From the NCBI RefSeq assembly GCF_041911335.1, contig NZ_JAYRPD010000038.1, forward strand, positions 19,716-83,715: a stretch of 64,000 nt of DNA, read 5' to 3'. Below the pieces are notes generated by a model. The model saw only the letters and a list, made by a program, of their open reading frames with translations, had not been told where the DNA came from and searched no databases. How positions within the stretch are numbered: position 1 is the stretch's first letter; each line of letters starts with the position of its first letter. The stretch comes from Flavobacterium sp. (lineage in GTDB: Bacteria > Bacteroidota > Bacteroidia > Flavobacteriales > Flavobacteriaceae). Below are positions 1 to 9,524 of the stretch, piece after piece. The position numbers were made by a program, and so were the translations under genes.

Positions 1-1
1 T

Positions 2-160
2 CATGTGGAAGCTTACAAGAAACAATTATTAGCGGGTGATTGGGCTGAAATGCCTCCATATTTTGTTACCTCTTCATTGGAAGCTATTGGTAGAGAAGGA
101 ATTTTAGAATACATCAACCAAATTAATGAAGACATTTTTAAAGATAATGGATTTGTTTAA
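2..160 (+). CDS. yihA: 3' end of ribosome biogenesis GTP-binding protein YihA/EngB (partial)
   Basis: Frame from base 2 reads HVEAYKKQLLAGDWAEMPPYFVTSSLEAIGREGILEYINQINEDIFKDNGFV*; resembles the Bacteroidota YihA C-terminus (FxTSS...GR); convergent with gldC. Confidence 0.7.
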   Translation, partial: HVEAYKKQLLAGDWAEMPPYFVTSSLEAIGREGILEYINQINEDIFKDNGFV

Positions 161-173
161 AAATAAATAAAAC

Positions 174-204
174 AAAAAAGTCGCTATTTCTAGCGACTTT
201 TTTT
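174..204. terminator. bidirectional intrinsic terminator
   Basis: aaaaaagtcgcta-tttc-tagcgactttttt between convergent genes. Confidence 0.85.
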
Positions 205-529
205 ATGCTTTTAAATCCATTTTTTCAGCGAAGTAATCACAAAAATCGCGCATGGTATCTGACATTTTCTCATCAGCTGTAGCGCGTTGAAAGGTATCTG
301 CCATTGCTACTAAGGTTTGATGAAAGAATAGCTTCATTTCATCAATTGGCATATCTTTTGTCCATAAATCTATGCGAAGTGTTTCTTTTGCTTTGCTATC
401 CCAAACTGACAATAACATTGCTTTTGCTTCTTCTTGCTCTACGCCACCATCTTGTGCTGTCCACAATAATTTTTCTGGAACGTTATTTTCGTCTAATCCT
501 ACTGTTATTTTTATATCTGATGTTTTCAT
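203..529 (-). CDS. gldC: gliding motility protein GldC
   Basis: 108 aa; LDENNVPEKLLW and LRIDLWTKDMP motifs; directly downstream of gldB. Confidence 0.92.
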   Translation of the reverse strand: MKTSDIKITVGLDENNVPEKLLWTAQDGGVEQEEAKAMLLSVWDSKAKETLRIDLWTKDMPIDEMKLFFHQTLVAMADTFQRATADEKMSDTMRDFCDYFAEKMDLKA

Positions 530-531
530 AT

Positions 532-1494
532 TTATTGCTTCTTTGGTTTGTATTTTGAATTGTCGAAGATAGTTTTAGCATCCATAGCTAATAATTCTTG
601 CAAAGTTACATCTTCATGATTTTCCATATAGCTTCTTACGATTTGCCAACCTAACCATTGCCCTACTCTTCCTGGGGTTTGGTTATCAATTTCTAAATAG
701 AATTTCGAAAAAGGAGCTGGTTTTATAAAACGTAATTCGTTCTTTGGATTAGAATCGAACAATAATTTGTTTTCGACTAAATTACTCCACATGAAATATT
801 CATTTTCTTGACAGAATTTGATTTGCATATCGGTATAACCAATTTTATCCGCATCTGAGTAAAACGGAATCAATTTATCTTTTACATACAATTCTTTTCC
901 GTAATAAATCATTGCCGAAAGTAAAGTTCTATCAGTTGGAGGCGCAATTTTCCCATAACAAAAAGTCGAAACTAAATCGGGTAAAATTTGATTTGGTTCT
1001 AAACTTTGCTTTTTATATTCAGGAAAATCCACATAAAAACGGTGTTCCTTTCCTAAATAACAATCTAAAGACACCAAAGCTAATGTATCTACATAAAAAG
1101 ATTTTGCTTCCGTATCTACTTCATTAATTAAGGTAATTACTCTTGGTGTTTTGAATTTTGGAAAATAATACTGCACGTAAGCAAACATTTTTTCCATATC
1201 GGATTCAATTGGTCCTAATGTTGGATATTTCACCTGTACTTCTTTATACAACTCTTTCAACAATGGTTGCTTTAACTTATTTACCCAAACAGAATCTGGG
1301 TTCCCTTCCGGAAAAAAGAAAGGGTATTGGGCTTTAATTTTTTGTAAATCTTCTGGTTTGGATTGATAAAAAATCTGATCAAATCGCTCCACTTTAAATT
1401 CAACTGGAATTTTTGCCACAGCTTCCTCAACTTTACTTTCTTCCTTGCAAGAAAATAAAGCAACAGCAACAAGAGCAAATAATAATTTCTTCAT
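532..1494 (-). CDS. gldB: gliding motility lipoprotein GldB
   Basis: Lipobox LFSC; C-terminal PGRVGQWLGWQIVRSYM...SKYKP motif. Confidence 0.92.
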   Translation of the reverse strand: MKKLLFALVAVALFSCKEESKVEEAVAKIPVEFKVERFDQIFYQSKPEDLQKIKAQYPFFFPEGNPDSVWVNKLKQPLLKELYKEVQVKYPTLGPIESDMEKMFAYVQYYFPKFKTPRVITLINEVDTEAKSFYVDTLALVSLDCYLGKEHRFYVDFPEYKKQSLEPNQILPDLVSTFCYGKIAPPTDRTLLSAMIYYGKELYVKDKLIPFYSDADKIGYTDMQIKFCQENEYFMWSNLVENKLLFDSNPKNELRFIKPAPFSKFYLEIDNQTPGRVGQWLGWQIVRSYMENHEDVTLQELLAMDAKTIFDNSKYKPKKQ

Positions 1495-1575
1495 GTAGTG
1501 TATTTTTTATACTTTTATGGAACCAAAATTAGTTTGCAAATATACAGTTATCGACTTATAAATTTTCATAAAAAA

Positions 1576-2382
1576 ATGACAAATTCCAACAGCTTTCAAG
1601 CCGAAAAAATCAACCAACATATTGTACAATGGTTACACGATTATGCTAATAACGCAAAAGTAAAAGGTTTTGTTGTAGGAATCTCAGGCGGAATTGACAG
1701 CGCTTTAACTTCTACTCTATGTGCGCAAACTGGATTACCAACATTATGTGTAGAAATGCCAATCCATCAAGCGGAAAGTCACGTTAATAGAGCTAATGAA
1801 CACATTGATCAGTTAAAAAATCGTTTTCCGAATGTTTTTAACGAAAGAGCTGATTTAACTCCCGTTTTTGAAACGTTTAAAAATCAAGTTACATCGAGTG
1901 AAAATGAAGCTGTTTTGAATTTATCTTTAGCCAATACGCGTGCGCGTTTACGAATGACAACTTTATATTATTTTGCAGGAATTCATGGATTATTAGTAGC
2001 TGGAACTGGAAATAAAGTTGAGGATTTTGGCGTAGGATTTTTTACAAAATATGGCGACGGGGGAGTTGATATTAGTCCGATTGCAGATTTAGTAAAAAGC
2101 GAAGTTAGATTACTTGCTGAATTTGTACAAGTCCCAGAAAGTATTTTAAAAGCCAAACCTACAGATGGTTTGTTTGGAGATGACCGAAGCGATGAAGATC
2201 AAATTGGTGCAAATTACGACGAATTAGAATGGGCGATGAATCAAATGGATAACGGAAAAACCCAAGAAGATTTTTCTGGAAGAGAAGCCGAAGTATTCAA
2301 AATCTACAAAAGACTAAATACTATTAACCAACACAAAATGAATCCTATTCCAATTTGCAGTATCCCAAAAGACCTCAAATAA
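1576..2382 (+). CDS. nadE: NH3-dependent NAD+ synthetase
   Basis: GISGGIDS PP-loop, NTRARLRM, GFFTKYGDGG; start placed at ATG 1576. Confidence 0.95.
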   Translation: MTNSNSFQAEKINQHIVQWLHDYANNAKVKGFVVGISGGIDSALTSTLCAQTGLPTLCVEMPIHQAESHVNRANEHIDQLKNRFPNVFNERADLTPVFETFKNQVTSSENEAVLNLSLANTRARLRMTTLYYFAGIHGLLVAGTGNKVEDFGVGFFTKYGDGGVDISPIADLVKSEVRLLAEFVQVPESILKAKPTDGLFGDDRSDEDQIGANYDELEWAMNQMDNGKTQEDFSGREAEVFKIYKRLNTINQHKMNPIPICSIPKDLK

Positions 2383-2460
2383 TTATCTTCATAATTAACA
2401 AGTAATTACATTTTTTTATTAACTTTGATAGTATATAATGAATAATATAATTTTTTAGTT

Positions 2461-3090
2461 ATGATTAAAATAGGTATAGCAAACAGTTTACCCGTTGTAT
2501 CCCAAGGATTACAATCGTATTTTCAAGGTAACACCAGAATGGAAATTGTAGCATCAGCTAAAAATTTAGAATCATTACTTAATGTTTTAAATAATAAACG
2601 CTGTGACATACTCCTTCTTGATGTTGAATTAGAAGGTTTATCTAGTATAAGAGATATAAAAAGTTTATTGAAAGATTTTCCCGAAACTAAAATTGTACTT
2701 TTTACTAACGTTTCTGAACAAATGTATGCGCCAACAGCTATTAAAGCTGGTGTTTCGGCTTATGTTTCTAAACGAAGTGATTTAAAAGAACTAGAAGCTA
2801 CAATTGCAAAAGTATCGGAAGGAAAAGTTGTTTTCAGTGAAACTGTTAAGAAAAGCATAGAAATGCTGAGTAAAGGAAAAAAATCGGAACGCTTGTTTAA
2901 AAAATTATCTACTAGAGAAATTGAAGTTCTTCGTTACCTAAATGACGGTAAGAAAAACAAAGAAGTAGCCCAAATTCTAGGTTTAGATGAAAAAACAATC
3001 AGTACGTATAAATTGCGTTTGTTGGCTAAATTAAATGTAACCAACTTAGTGGATTTATTGAAAAAAGCAAAAGATTTAGATGTAATTTAA
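2461..3090 (+). CDS. NarL/LuxR-family response regulator
   Basis: Receiver domain (DILLLDV) plus LuxR HTH (LSTREIEVL...KTISTYK). Confidence 0.9.
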   Translation: MIKIGIANSLPVVSQGLQSYFQGNTRMEIVASAKNLESLLNVLNNKRCDILLLDVELEGLSSIRDIKSLLKDFPETKIVLFTNVSEQMYAPTAIKAGVSAYVSKRSDLKELEATIAKVSEGKVVFSETVKKSIEMLSKGKKSERLFKKLSTREIEVLRYLNDGKKNKEVAQILGLDEKTISTYKLRLLAKLNVTNLVDLLKKAKDLDVI

Positions 3091-5063
3091 TTGTATCTTG
3101 AAAGAACTCTGCCCAAGTTTTTAGAAAAGATATGTGTTAACCCCAAATAAGCCATTACCATTTCCAGAGTTTCTGAGTTATCAGAATTTTCGTCGGTTGA
3201 AATTGAATTTTTCAAATCGTCGATAATGTTATTGACTAAATACCATCGCAATGTGATAATCGTCTCGGTTACGTATTGGCTTATGGTTTCTTCCTTTTGT
3301 TTAACATAGATTTGTTGCACTTCCCAGTTATGTAACATCTCACGTTCTTCACTCATAAGAATCGTGGTGACTTCTTGCGCTAATTCTTCAGGGAGTTGCA
3401 TTAAATATTTATCCAACTCAAACACTTCATTTTCATTGAAATACGCAATTAAGTGATTGTAAATCGCTTTAAAAATTGGATTCGCTAATTCCACTTCATC
3501 CTCTTGCAAACTCAGATAAATACGTTGGAAAACTTTATACGTATTTTGCTCTTTTACCTCAACAGTTTCACCTTCTTCATTTTGAGCTAAAATGGTGTCT
3601 TCAAATTCTGCTTCTTTATCTCCATACAACAATAAAATCTGGATGATTTTGTGTTCCAATTCGTATTGAATATCAACTTTTGTTGTGGGTTGAGCAATAT
3701 CATTCCTTACAACTTCAAAGGCCTTTTGTTCCTCTTTAAATTGCTTATTAGCTTCCGATAAATCTTTCTTAACTAATTGCGCTAGCGTATTGAAAAGTAC
3801 ATCTTCGGAAATATCCATGATTCGGGAACATTCCTTAATATAGACTTCACGTTTAATTCGGTCTGGAATTTTAGAAATACTAACAACCATATCACGAATT
3901 AAATCGGCTTTTTTAATTGGATCATTTTTAGCTTCTTGCATCAATAAAGATGCCTTGAACTGAATAAAATCTTTGGCGTTATCTTCGAAATACAACAACA
4001 AATCTTCATACGAAGTTTTTCTCGCAAAACTATCCGGGTCATCACCATCAGGAAACGTACACACTTTAACGTTCATTCCGGCTTCCAAAATTAAATCAAT
4101 TCCTCGAATCGAAGCTCGAAGTCCAGCCGCATCACCATCGAAAAGAACGGTAATATTTGGTGTTAAGCGATTAATTAATCGGATTTGATCAGGTGTTAAA
4201 GCCGTTCCTGAAGAAGCCACAACATTTTCAATTCCAGCTTGATGCATTTGAATAACATCGGTATACCCTTCCACCAAATAACAATTATTTAGCTTAGCGA
4301 TAGCTTGCTTCGCATGGAAAATTCCGTATAAAACTTTACTCTTGTGGTAAATATCACTTTCGGGTGAATTGAGGTATTTTGCAGCTTTTTTATCATTGGT
4401 CAAAATACGACCTCCAAAACCCAAAACACGTCCGCTCATACTTTGAATCGGGAACATCACACGACCTTTGAAACGGTCGAATTGCTTGTCCTCTTTCACA
4501 ATCGAAAGTCCGGTTTTATCTAAATATTCTAGTTTATATCCTTTTCCTAATGCTTCTTTGGTAAAAGCATCCCAAGTTTCAGGCGAATATCCTAAACCGA
4601 ATTTTTTTATCGTTTCAGATGTAAAACCACGTTCTTTAAAATAAGACAATCCGATGGCTTTTCCTTCTTCCGTTTCTAATAAAGTGTGATGAAAATATTT
4701 CTGTGCGAATTCGGAAACCAAATACATGCTTTCCTTTTCATTGGCTTGCGCTATATCTTCGTCGGTTTGAACCGTTTCTTCAATTTCGATATTGTACTTA
4801 TTCGCTAAATATTTAATGGCTTCGGGATAGGTAAAATGTTCGTGCTCCATCAAGAATGTCACGGCATTTCCGCCTTTCCCAGAAGAAAAATCTTTCCAAA
4901 TTTGCTTTACAGGCGAAACCATAAACGAAGGCGATTTCTCGTTCACAAACGGAGACAATCCTTTTAAGTTACTTCCAGCGCGTTTGAGTTGTACAAAATC
5001 ACCAATTACCTCCTCAACTCGGGCGGTTTCAAATACTTTTTCTATGGTGTCTTTTGATATCAA
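3087..5063 (-). CDS. dnaG: DNA primase
   Basis: KYLNSPES, VEGYTDV and FDGDAAG TOPRIM motifs. Confidence 0.97.
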   Translation of the reverse strand: MISKDTIEKVFETARVEEVIGDFVQLKRAGSNLKGLSPFVNEKSPSFMVSPVKQIWKDFSSGKGGNAVTFLMEHEHFTYPEAIKYLANKYNIEIEETVQTDEDIAQANEKESMYLVSEFAQKYFHHTLLETEEGKAIGLSYFKERGFTSETIKKFGLGYSPETWDAFTKEALGKGYKLEYLDKTGLSIVKEDKQFDRFKGRVMFPIQSMSGRVLGFGGRILTNDKKAAKYLNSPESDIYHKSKVLYGIFHAKQAIAKLNNCYLVEGYTDVIQMHQAGIENVVASSGTALTPDQIRLINRLTPNITVLFDGDAAGLRASIRGIDLILEAGMNVKVCTFPDGDDPDSFARKTSYEDLLLYFEDNAKDFIQFKASLLMQEAKNDPIKKADLIRDMVVSISKIPDRIKREVYIKECSRIMDISEDVLFNTLAQLVKKDLSEANKQFKEEQKAFEVVRNDIAQPTTKVDIQYELEHKIIQILLLYGDKEAEFEDTILAQNEEGETVEVKEQNTYKVFQRIYLSLQEDEVELANPIFKAIYNHLIAYFNENEVFELDKYLMQLPEELAQEVTTILMSEEREMLHNWEVQQIYVKQKEETISQYVTETIITLRWYLVNNIIDDLKNSISTDENSDNSETLEMVMAYLGLTHIFSKNLGRVLSRYN

Positions 5064-5208
5064 TCTTAACGTTAAGGTGTTTAACTGTTGAATTGTTTAG
5101 AAAATAAGTCAAATTATGCTTGACAAAATTACATCTCTAAATTTGAAGTGGCAAGTTACAAAGTTTTTGAAAAATATAGCTATTAGCATCTAAATCATTT
5201 AAAAACAA

Positions 5209-5240
5209 AAAAAGCACTTCATATGGCTGAAGTGCTTTTT
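5209..5240 (-). terminator. intrinsic terminator
   Basis: aaaaagcacttca-tatggc-tgaagtgcttttt. Confidence 0.8.
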
Positions 5241-5248
5241 AAACAGAG

Positions 5249-5276
5249 AACTTAACTTAACTTAACTTAACTTAAC
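5249..5276. repeat. (AACTT)5 microsatellite
   Basis: Five perfect AACTT units plus AAC between stop codon and terminator. Confidence 0.9.
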
Positions 5277-5284
5277 CCCAAATT

Positions 5285-6895
5285 TTAATTAAAATCAAAG
5301 CGTATACCCAATGAAACGTTGTTTTGATCTATATTATTGTTCTTGAACATCGGATTTAAGTCATATTTAACATATAGACTGGTTTGACCATATCCTAAAT
5401 AAGCGCTTAACCCGTATGTAAAGTCAGAAACATTGAAATCTCCTTTTTGTTTTTCTTTTACTTTAACATCATCAATTTCATATTTCAAAATTTGTTTTGA
5501 TTTTATGCGAACACCTCCATAACCTCCAATTCCTAAACGAACTGACTCGTGTGTTCTGAAGTATGTTTTAGTTCCGTCTTTTGAAAGTTTTTTAGGTGTG
5601 AAATCGAATTCTAAATGCAATGGCGCTGTTAAATACACATTTCTAAAACGAGAATCATCTAGTTTTATCGTTGACGTAACTAAATCTGTTTGGTCACCAT
5701 TTTTTACAAAATAACGGTTATCCGTAGGACGAAGATTATTATACATTAATGAAAGTCCGTATTTAGCGTGAAGCAAATTGTTGTTTTTGAAAATTCTTGA
5801 ATTATAAGTAACTCCCCATTCATAAAAATGCGAACCCCAAACTCTGTAATCTGAATCTTCTAAATTTTCGCCATCGGTAATTACATTATTTAAACCAAAA
5901 GCAAAAACAAATTGCGAGGTTGTTCTTTTTGATTTTCTTTCGGCTTTTTCTTTTTCTCCATTATAAATTTTCATAGAACCCAAGTTAATTTCCGTTCTAT
6001 TTTCACCAATCGAATCCTTTGAACTACTACCCAATACAATCATCATCCCTCCTCTTTTTGGCTTATCATTAGAATCTGTGATTTTTCCATCTACTTTATC
6101 TTGAACCAATTGTGCTAATTTTGCTTCTTCAATTGCTACTTTAGTTTCAATATTATTAGCGCGTTCTTGAGCAATATTCGTTTTTAATTCTTGTGCTTTC
6201 TCAGGGGTAATTTTTCCTTCATTTACTTGCAAATCGATTGCCTCAACTTCTTTTTTTAAGGCGTTTTTTTCTTCGGCAGTAATCATTTCAATGCTGTTTG
6301 CAATTGCTTTAGCTTTATCTTCAAATGAAATACTTTTTGAATTTCTACCTTTTATAATTCCTGTTTCTGAAACAGAATCTTCTACAATTTCAAGTTGAAT
6401 ATCTTTAAACCAAATTTGACCTGTTCCATCCAATAAAACTCCGTAAGAAAAATCTGTTGCGTCTTGAGGCACAAATAAAACAACTTCGTATTTAGTCCAA
6501 TCATTTGTTCCTTCAATAGCTCTATTTTGCATATTATCAAAAGAAAGAACTTTATCATTATAGTAATCGATACGCATCCAAAGTCCAGCCCAAGATTTTA
6601 CTTTTTCACTTTTGACATAACCCGTCATTTTGATAGTTTTACCTAAATATAAATCAGGTTTACTCGATTTCATTAAAGTTCCAAAACCATCTATCTTTTT
6701 ATCGATAGATCGTATAGTAAAAACTTCTTGCTCGTTAGATGTTGATTTTTTTGACAAACCCATTTCATAACTCTCGGGCTTAGTTCCGCGTGCCATCCAC
6801 TCGGTTGATTTTTCTATGGTTTCTAGCTCCTGAGCAACTGCCTTTGTTAGGAAACTAAACACAATAATAATTGTGTACAAAATAATTTTTTGCAT
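5285..6895 (-). CDS. outer-membrane beta-barrel protein with an N-terminal CBM-like jelly-roll domain and a helical linker
   Basis: Signal peptide; WAGLWMRID/GTNDWTKYEVVL/LDGTGQIWF domain; coiled segment; beta-strand-rich C-terminus ending SLGIRFDFN. Confidence 0.65.
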   Translation of the reverse strand: MQKIILYTIIIVFSFLTKAVAQELETIEKSTEWMARGTKPESYEMGLSKKSTSNEQEVFTIRSIDKKIDGFGTLMKSSKPDLYLGKTIKMTGYVKSEKVKSWAGLWMRIDYYNDKVLSFDNMQNRAIEGTNDWTKYEVVLFVPQDATDFSYGVLLDGTGQIWFKDIQLEIVEDSVSETGIIKGRNSKSISFEDKAKAIANSIEMITAEEKNALKKEVEAIDLQVNEGKITPEKAQELKTNIAQERANNIETKVAIEEAKLAQLVQDKVDGKITDSNDKPKRGGMMIVLGSSSKDSIGENRTEINLGSMKIYNGEKEKAERKSKRTTSQFVFAFGLNNVITDGENLEDSDYRVWGSHFYEWGVTYNSRIFKNNNLLHAKYGLSLMYNNLRPTDNRYFVKNGDQTDLVTSTIKLDDSRFRNVYLTAPLHLEFDFTPKKLSKDGTKTYFRTHESVRLGIGGYGGVRIKSKQILKYEIDDVKVKEKQKGDFNVSDFTYGLSAYLGYGQTSLYVKYDLNPMFKNNNIDQNNVSLGIRFDFN

Positions 6896-6929
6896 GACTG
6901 TTTGATTTTTAATTAATGATGATTTTTAT

Positions 6930-7613
6930 TTATTCGTAATTTCTATTGGCTAATGCCGATTTGGCATCTTGAAATTTTCTATTTAATTTATCCAAAGTAG
7001 TTTCTCTGTAATTTTCATCTAATTCTTTTTCAACGTTTGTTAGTAACGAATTAGCATCTACTTTCATCTTAGTTTTTGGACTTATTTTTTTATCTGAAGT
7101 GATTACTTTTTCACCTGTTTGAACTTCGGCTAATAAATTTTCTGGAGAAACGTATTTGTATGAGTTTGGTGATGGATGATGGATGATGGATGATGAATTA
7201 TCTTTAGTTAAATCCTCCTCTTTTGTCAATTTATCTGTCTCTTCAGATTTTTTGTTTGTTTGCGTTTTTGAAAAACTTACTTCATTTTGAACTAAAACGG
7301 GTTGCTCTTTTTCAACTGAAATTTCATCTATTTCATTAGTTTCAACCGTATCAATTTCTTCGTTTATAGTAGTTACTATTGGTGTTGAATTATTAATTTC
7401 GGTTTTTTCGTTTGAATTGAAAAGGAAAAATCCCAATCCTAAAAAAAGTATAGTTGAAGCGGCTACAAAAAACCATCCGTAACCTTTCTTTGGCTTTTTT
7501 TCTTCTGAAACCGTAAGCATAGCATCTAAGCGATCCCAAGCTTGAGCTGATGGCTGAATTTCTCTAGCATTCAGTTTTTCTCTTATTTGATTATCTAATT
7601 TATTTGGTTTCAT
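6930..7613 (-). CDS. putative anti-sigma membrane protein
   Basis: PSAQAWDRL motif, single TM helix, directly downstream of ECF sigma. Confidence 0.65.
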   Translation of the reverse strand: MKPNKLDNQIREKLNAREIQPSAQAWDRLDAMLTVSEEKKPKKGYGWFFVAASTILFLGLGFFLFNSNEKTEINNSTPIVTTINEEIDTVETNEIDEISVEKEQPVLVQNEVSFSKTQTNKKSEETDKLTKEEDLTKDNSSSIIHHPSPNSYKYVSPENLLAEVQTGEKVITSDKKISPKTKMKVDANSLLTNVEKELDENYRETTLDKLNRKFQDAKSALANRNYE

Positions 7614-7684
7614 AAATTTCGTTTTATTTTTTATAGGTTATTTATGCAATCGCCTTAAATTCATTGGTGTTTGTTTTCAACAAA

Positions 7685-8263
7685 CTATCTAATAGTGGCG
7701 ATGTCATTTAGTTTGTTTTTTAATTCGATGATTTGTTGTTGCAATAACTTTCGGGCATGTGATAATTGCGATTTTGATGTTCCTTCACTTATTTTGAGCA
7801 TTTCGGCTATTTCCTGATGTTTGTAGCCTTCAATCGCATATAAATTAAAAACCATTTTATAACCGTCGGGCAAATTGTCAATAATATTTTGAATGTCATC
7901 TACCGAAAAATCTTCCATTTCATACACCGATTCATTCTCGCTAACCGTAATATCTTCGATATCTTGGTGATTGAAATTATTCTTTTTCACCCGAAGAAAA
8001 TCGATACATTCATACACCATAATTCTTCTAATCCAACCTTCAAAACTACCTTTATGTTCAAAATTTTTTAGATTAGTAAATACTTTCATAAATCCAGTAA
8101 TCATTACATCTTCTGCGTGGTGAATGTCTTTTATGTATTGACGACACACACTTAACATTTTAGAAGAAAACTTAGCATAAATCTGCTGTTGTGCTTGTCG
8201 ATTATTTTCGACAGCCAACATAATGAGCTGCTTTTCTTCTTGATGTAACTGGATAACTTTCAT
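7685..8263 (-). CDS. ECF RNA polymerase sigma factor
   Basis: AEDVMITGF, SFEGWIRRI, GYKHQEIA...GTSKSQLSHAR; start placed at ATG 8263. Confidence 0.93.
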   Translation of the reverse strand: MKVIQLHQEEKQLIMLAVENNRQAQQQIYAKFSSKMLSVCRQYIKDIHHAEDVMITGFMKVFTNLKNFEHKGSFEGWIRRIMVYECIDFLRVKKNNFNHQDIEDITVSENESVYEMEDFSVDDIQNIIDNLPDGYKMVFNLYAIEGYKHQEIAEMLKISEGTSKSQLSHARKLLQQQIIELKNKLNDIATIR

Positions 8264-8346
8264 TTTCAAGTTCAATGTCAAGTTCAATATCAAAATCAAA
8301 TTTATACTATTTGAAATTGATTTTTGTTCTTGCTCTTGTTGTTGAA
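8264..8346. repeat. hexamer-periodic imperfect inverted repeat
   Basis: ttcaag ttcaat gtcaag ttcaat atcaaa atcaaa faces a run of TTG triplets at roughly 6-nt spacing (ttgaaattgatttttgttcttgctcttgttgttgaa). Confidence 0.6.
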
Positions 8347-8501
8347 TTATTGCTTCTAATTATATAGACGAGAATGATTTTAAAATGGTTGTATGAATCT
8401 TTAAAAAAATAAAAAACTTATGATTCTGGAACACAGATTGAAATAATTAAAGAAATTTTTAAAATTGAAACTGACTTTTGTCCTTGAAATTGAAATTGTT
8501 T

Positions 8502-9482
8502 TTATTTTTTTCTTTCAATCACGTAATTTACCATTAAAATAAGGGAATCTTTGTATGGAGATGTTGGGAAATCTTGTAATAACGAAAGTGCTTCTTGCTG
8601 AAATTGCACCATTTTTTCTTCGGCGTAAGTTAATCCGTTTTTGTCTTTTACAAATTGGATAACTTCTTTTACGCGCTTTTTATCTTTGTTGTGATTTTTA
8701 ACCGAATTAATTACCCAACTTTTTTCTTTGGGTGAACAATTATTCAACGCATAAATCAACGGCAAAGTCATTTTTTGTTCTTTGATGTCGATTCCAGTTG
8801 GTTTTCCGATGGCGTCATCAGTATAATCGAATAAATCATCTTTGATTTGAAACGCCATTCCAATAAGTTCTCCGAATTTACGCATTTTCTCTACTAAAAC
8901 AGCGTCATCAGGAGCCACAGAACAAGCGCCAAGCGAACAACATGCCGCGATTAAAGTAGCTGTTTTTTGACGGATGATTTCGTAGTAAATATCTTCAGTA
9001 ATATCTAATCTGCGAGCTTTTTCAATTTGAAGCAATTCGCCTTCACTCATTTCGCGAACGGCTACTGAAATGATTTTTAATAAATCGAAATCGTTATTAT
9101 CGATAGAAAGCAATAATCCTTTTGACAACAAATAATCACCTACTAAAACTGCAATTTTATTCTTCCAAAGGGCGTTTAAAGAGAAAAATCCACGACGTTT
9201 ATTACTATCATCTACCACATCATCATGAACTAAAGTTGCGGTATGAATCAATTCAATAACCGAAGCACCACGATACGTTCGTTCGTTAATGGAACCACCC
9301 GAAACCATTTTAGCGGTTAAGAAAACAAACATGGGTCGCATTTGTTTTCCTTTTCGATTTACTATATAATGTGTAATTCTATTTAATAAAGCAACTTTTG
9401 AAGACATGGAATCGCGAAACTTCTCTTCAAAGAGTTCCATTTCGGAGGCGATGGGTAGCTTTATTTGTTCGGTTATTTTCAT
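8502..9482 (-). CDS. polyprenyl diphosphate synthase (IspB-like)
   Basis: LVHDDVVD and FQIKDDLFD aspartate-rich motifs. Confidence 0.95.
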   Translation of the reverse strand: MKITEQIKLPIASEMELFEEKFRDSMSSKVALLNRITHYIVNRKGKQMRPMFVFLTAKMVSGGSINERTYRGASVIELIHTATLVHDDVVDDSNKRRGFFSLNALWKNKIAVLVGDYLLSKGLLLSIDNNDFDLLKIISVAVREMSEGELLQIEKARRLDITEDIYYEIIRQKTATLIAACCSLGACSVAPDDAVLVEKMRKFGELIGMAFQIKDDLFDYTDDAIGKPTGIDIKEQKMTLPLIYALNNCSPKEKSWVINSVKNHNKDKKRVKEVIQFVKDKNGLTYAEEKMVQFQQEALSLLQDFPTSPYKDSLILMVNYVIERKK

Positions 9483-9524
9483 TGAGGTATCAAAAGTACG
9501 AAAACAATTGCTAAAGGCAAAAAT

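Noticed and set aside
304-1478. Short alternative-frame ORFs inside gldC/gldB, and similar ones throughout the window
   Set aside because: They overlap well-supported genes and carry no recognisable motifs.
5249-5276. (AACTT)5 as a phase-variation switch
   Set aside because: It lies in a 3' UTR between stop and terminator, with no evident effect on coding or promoter.
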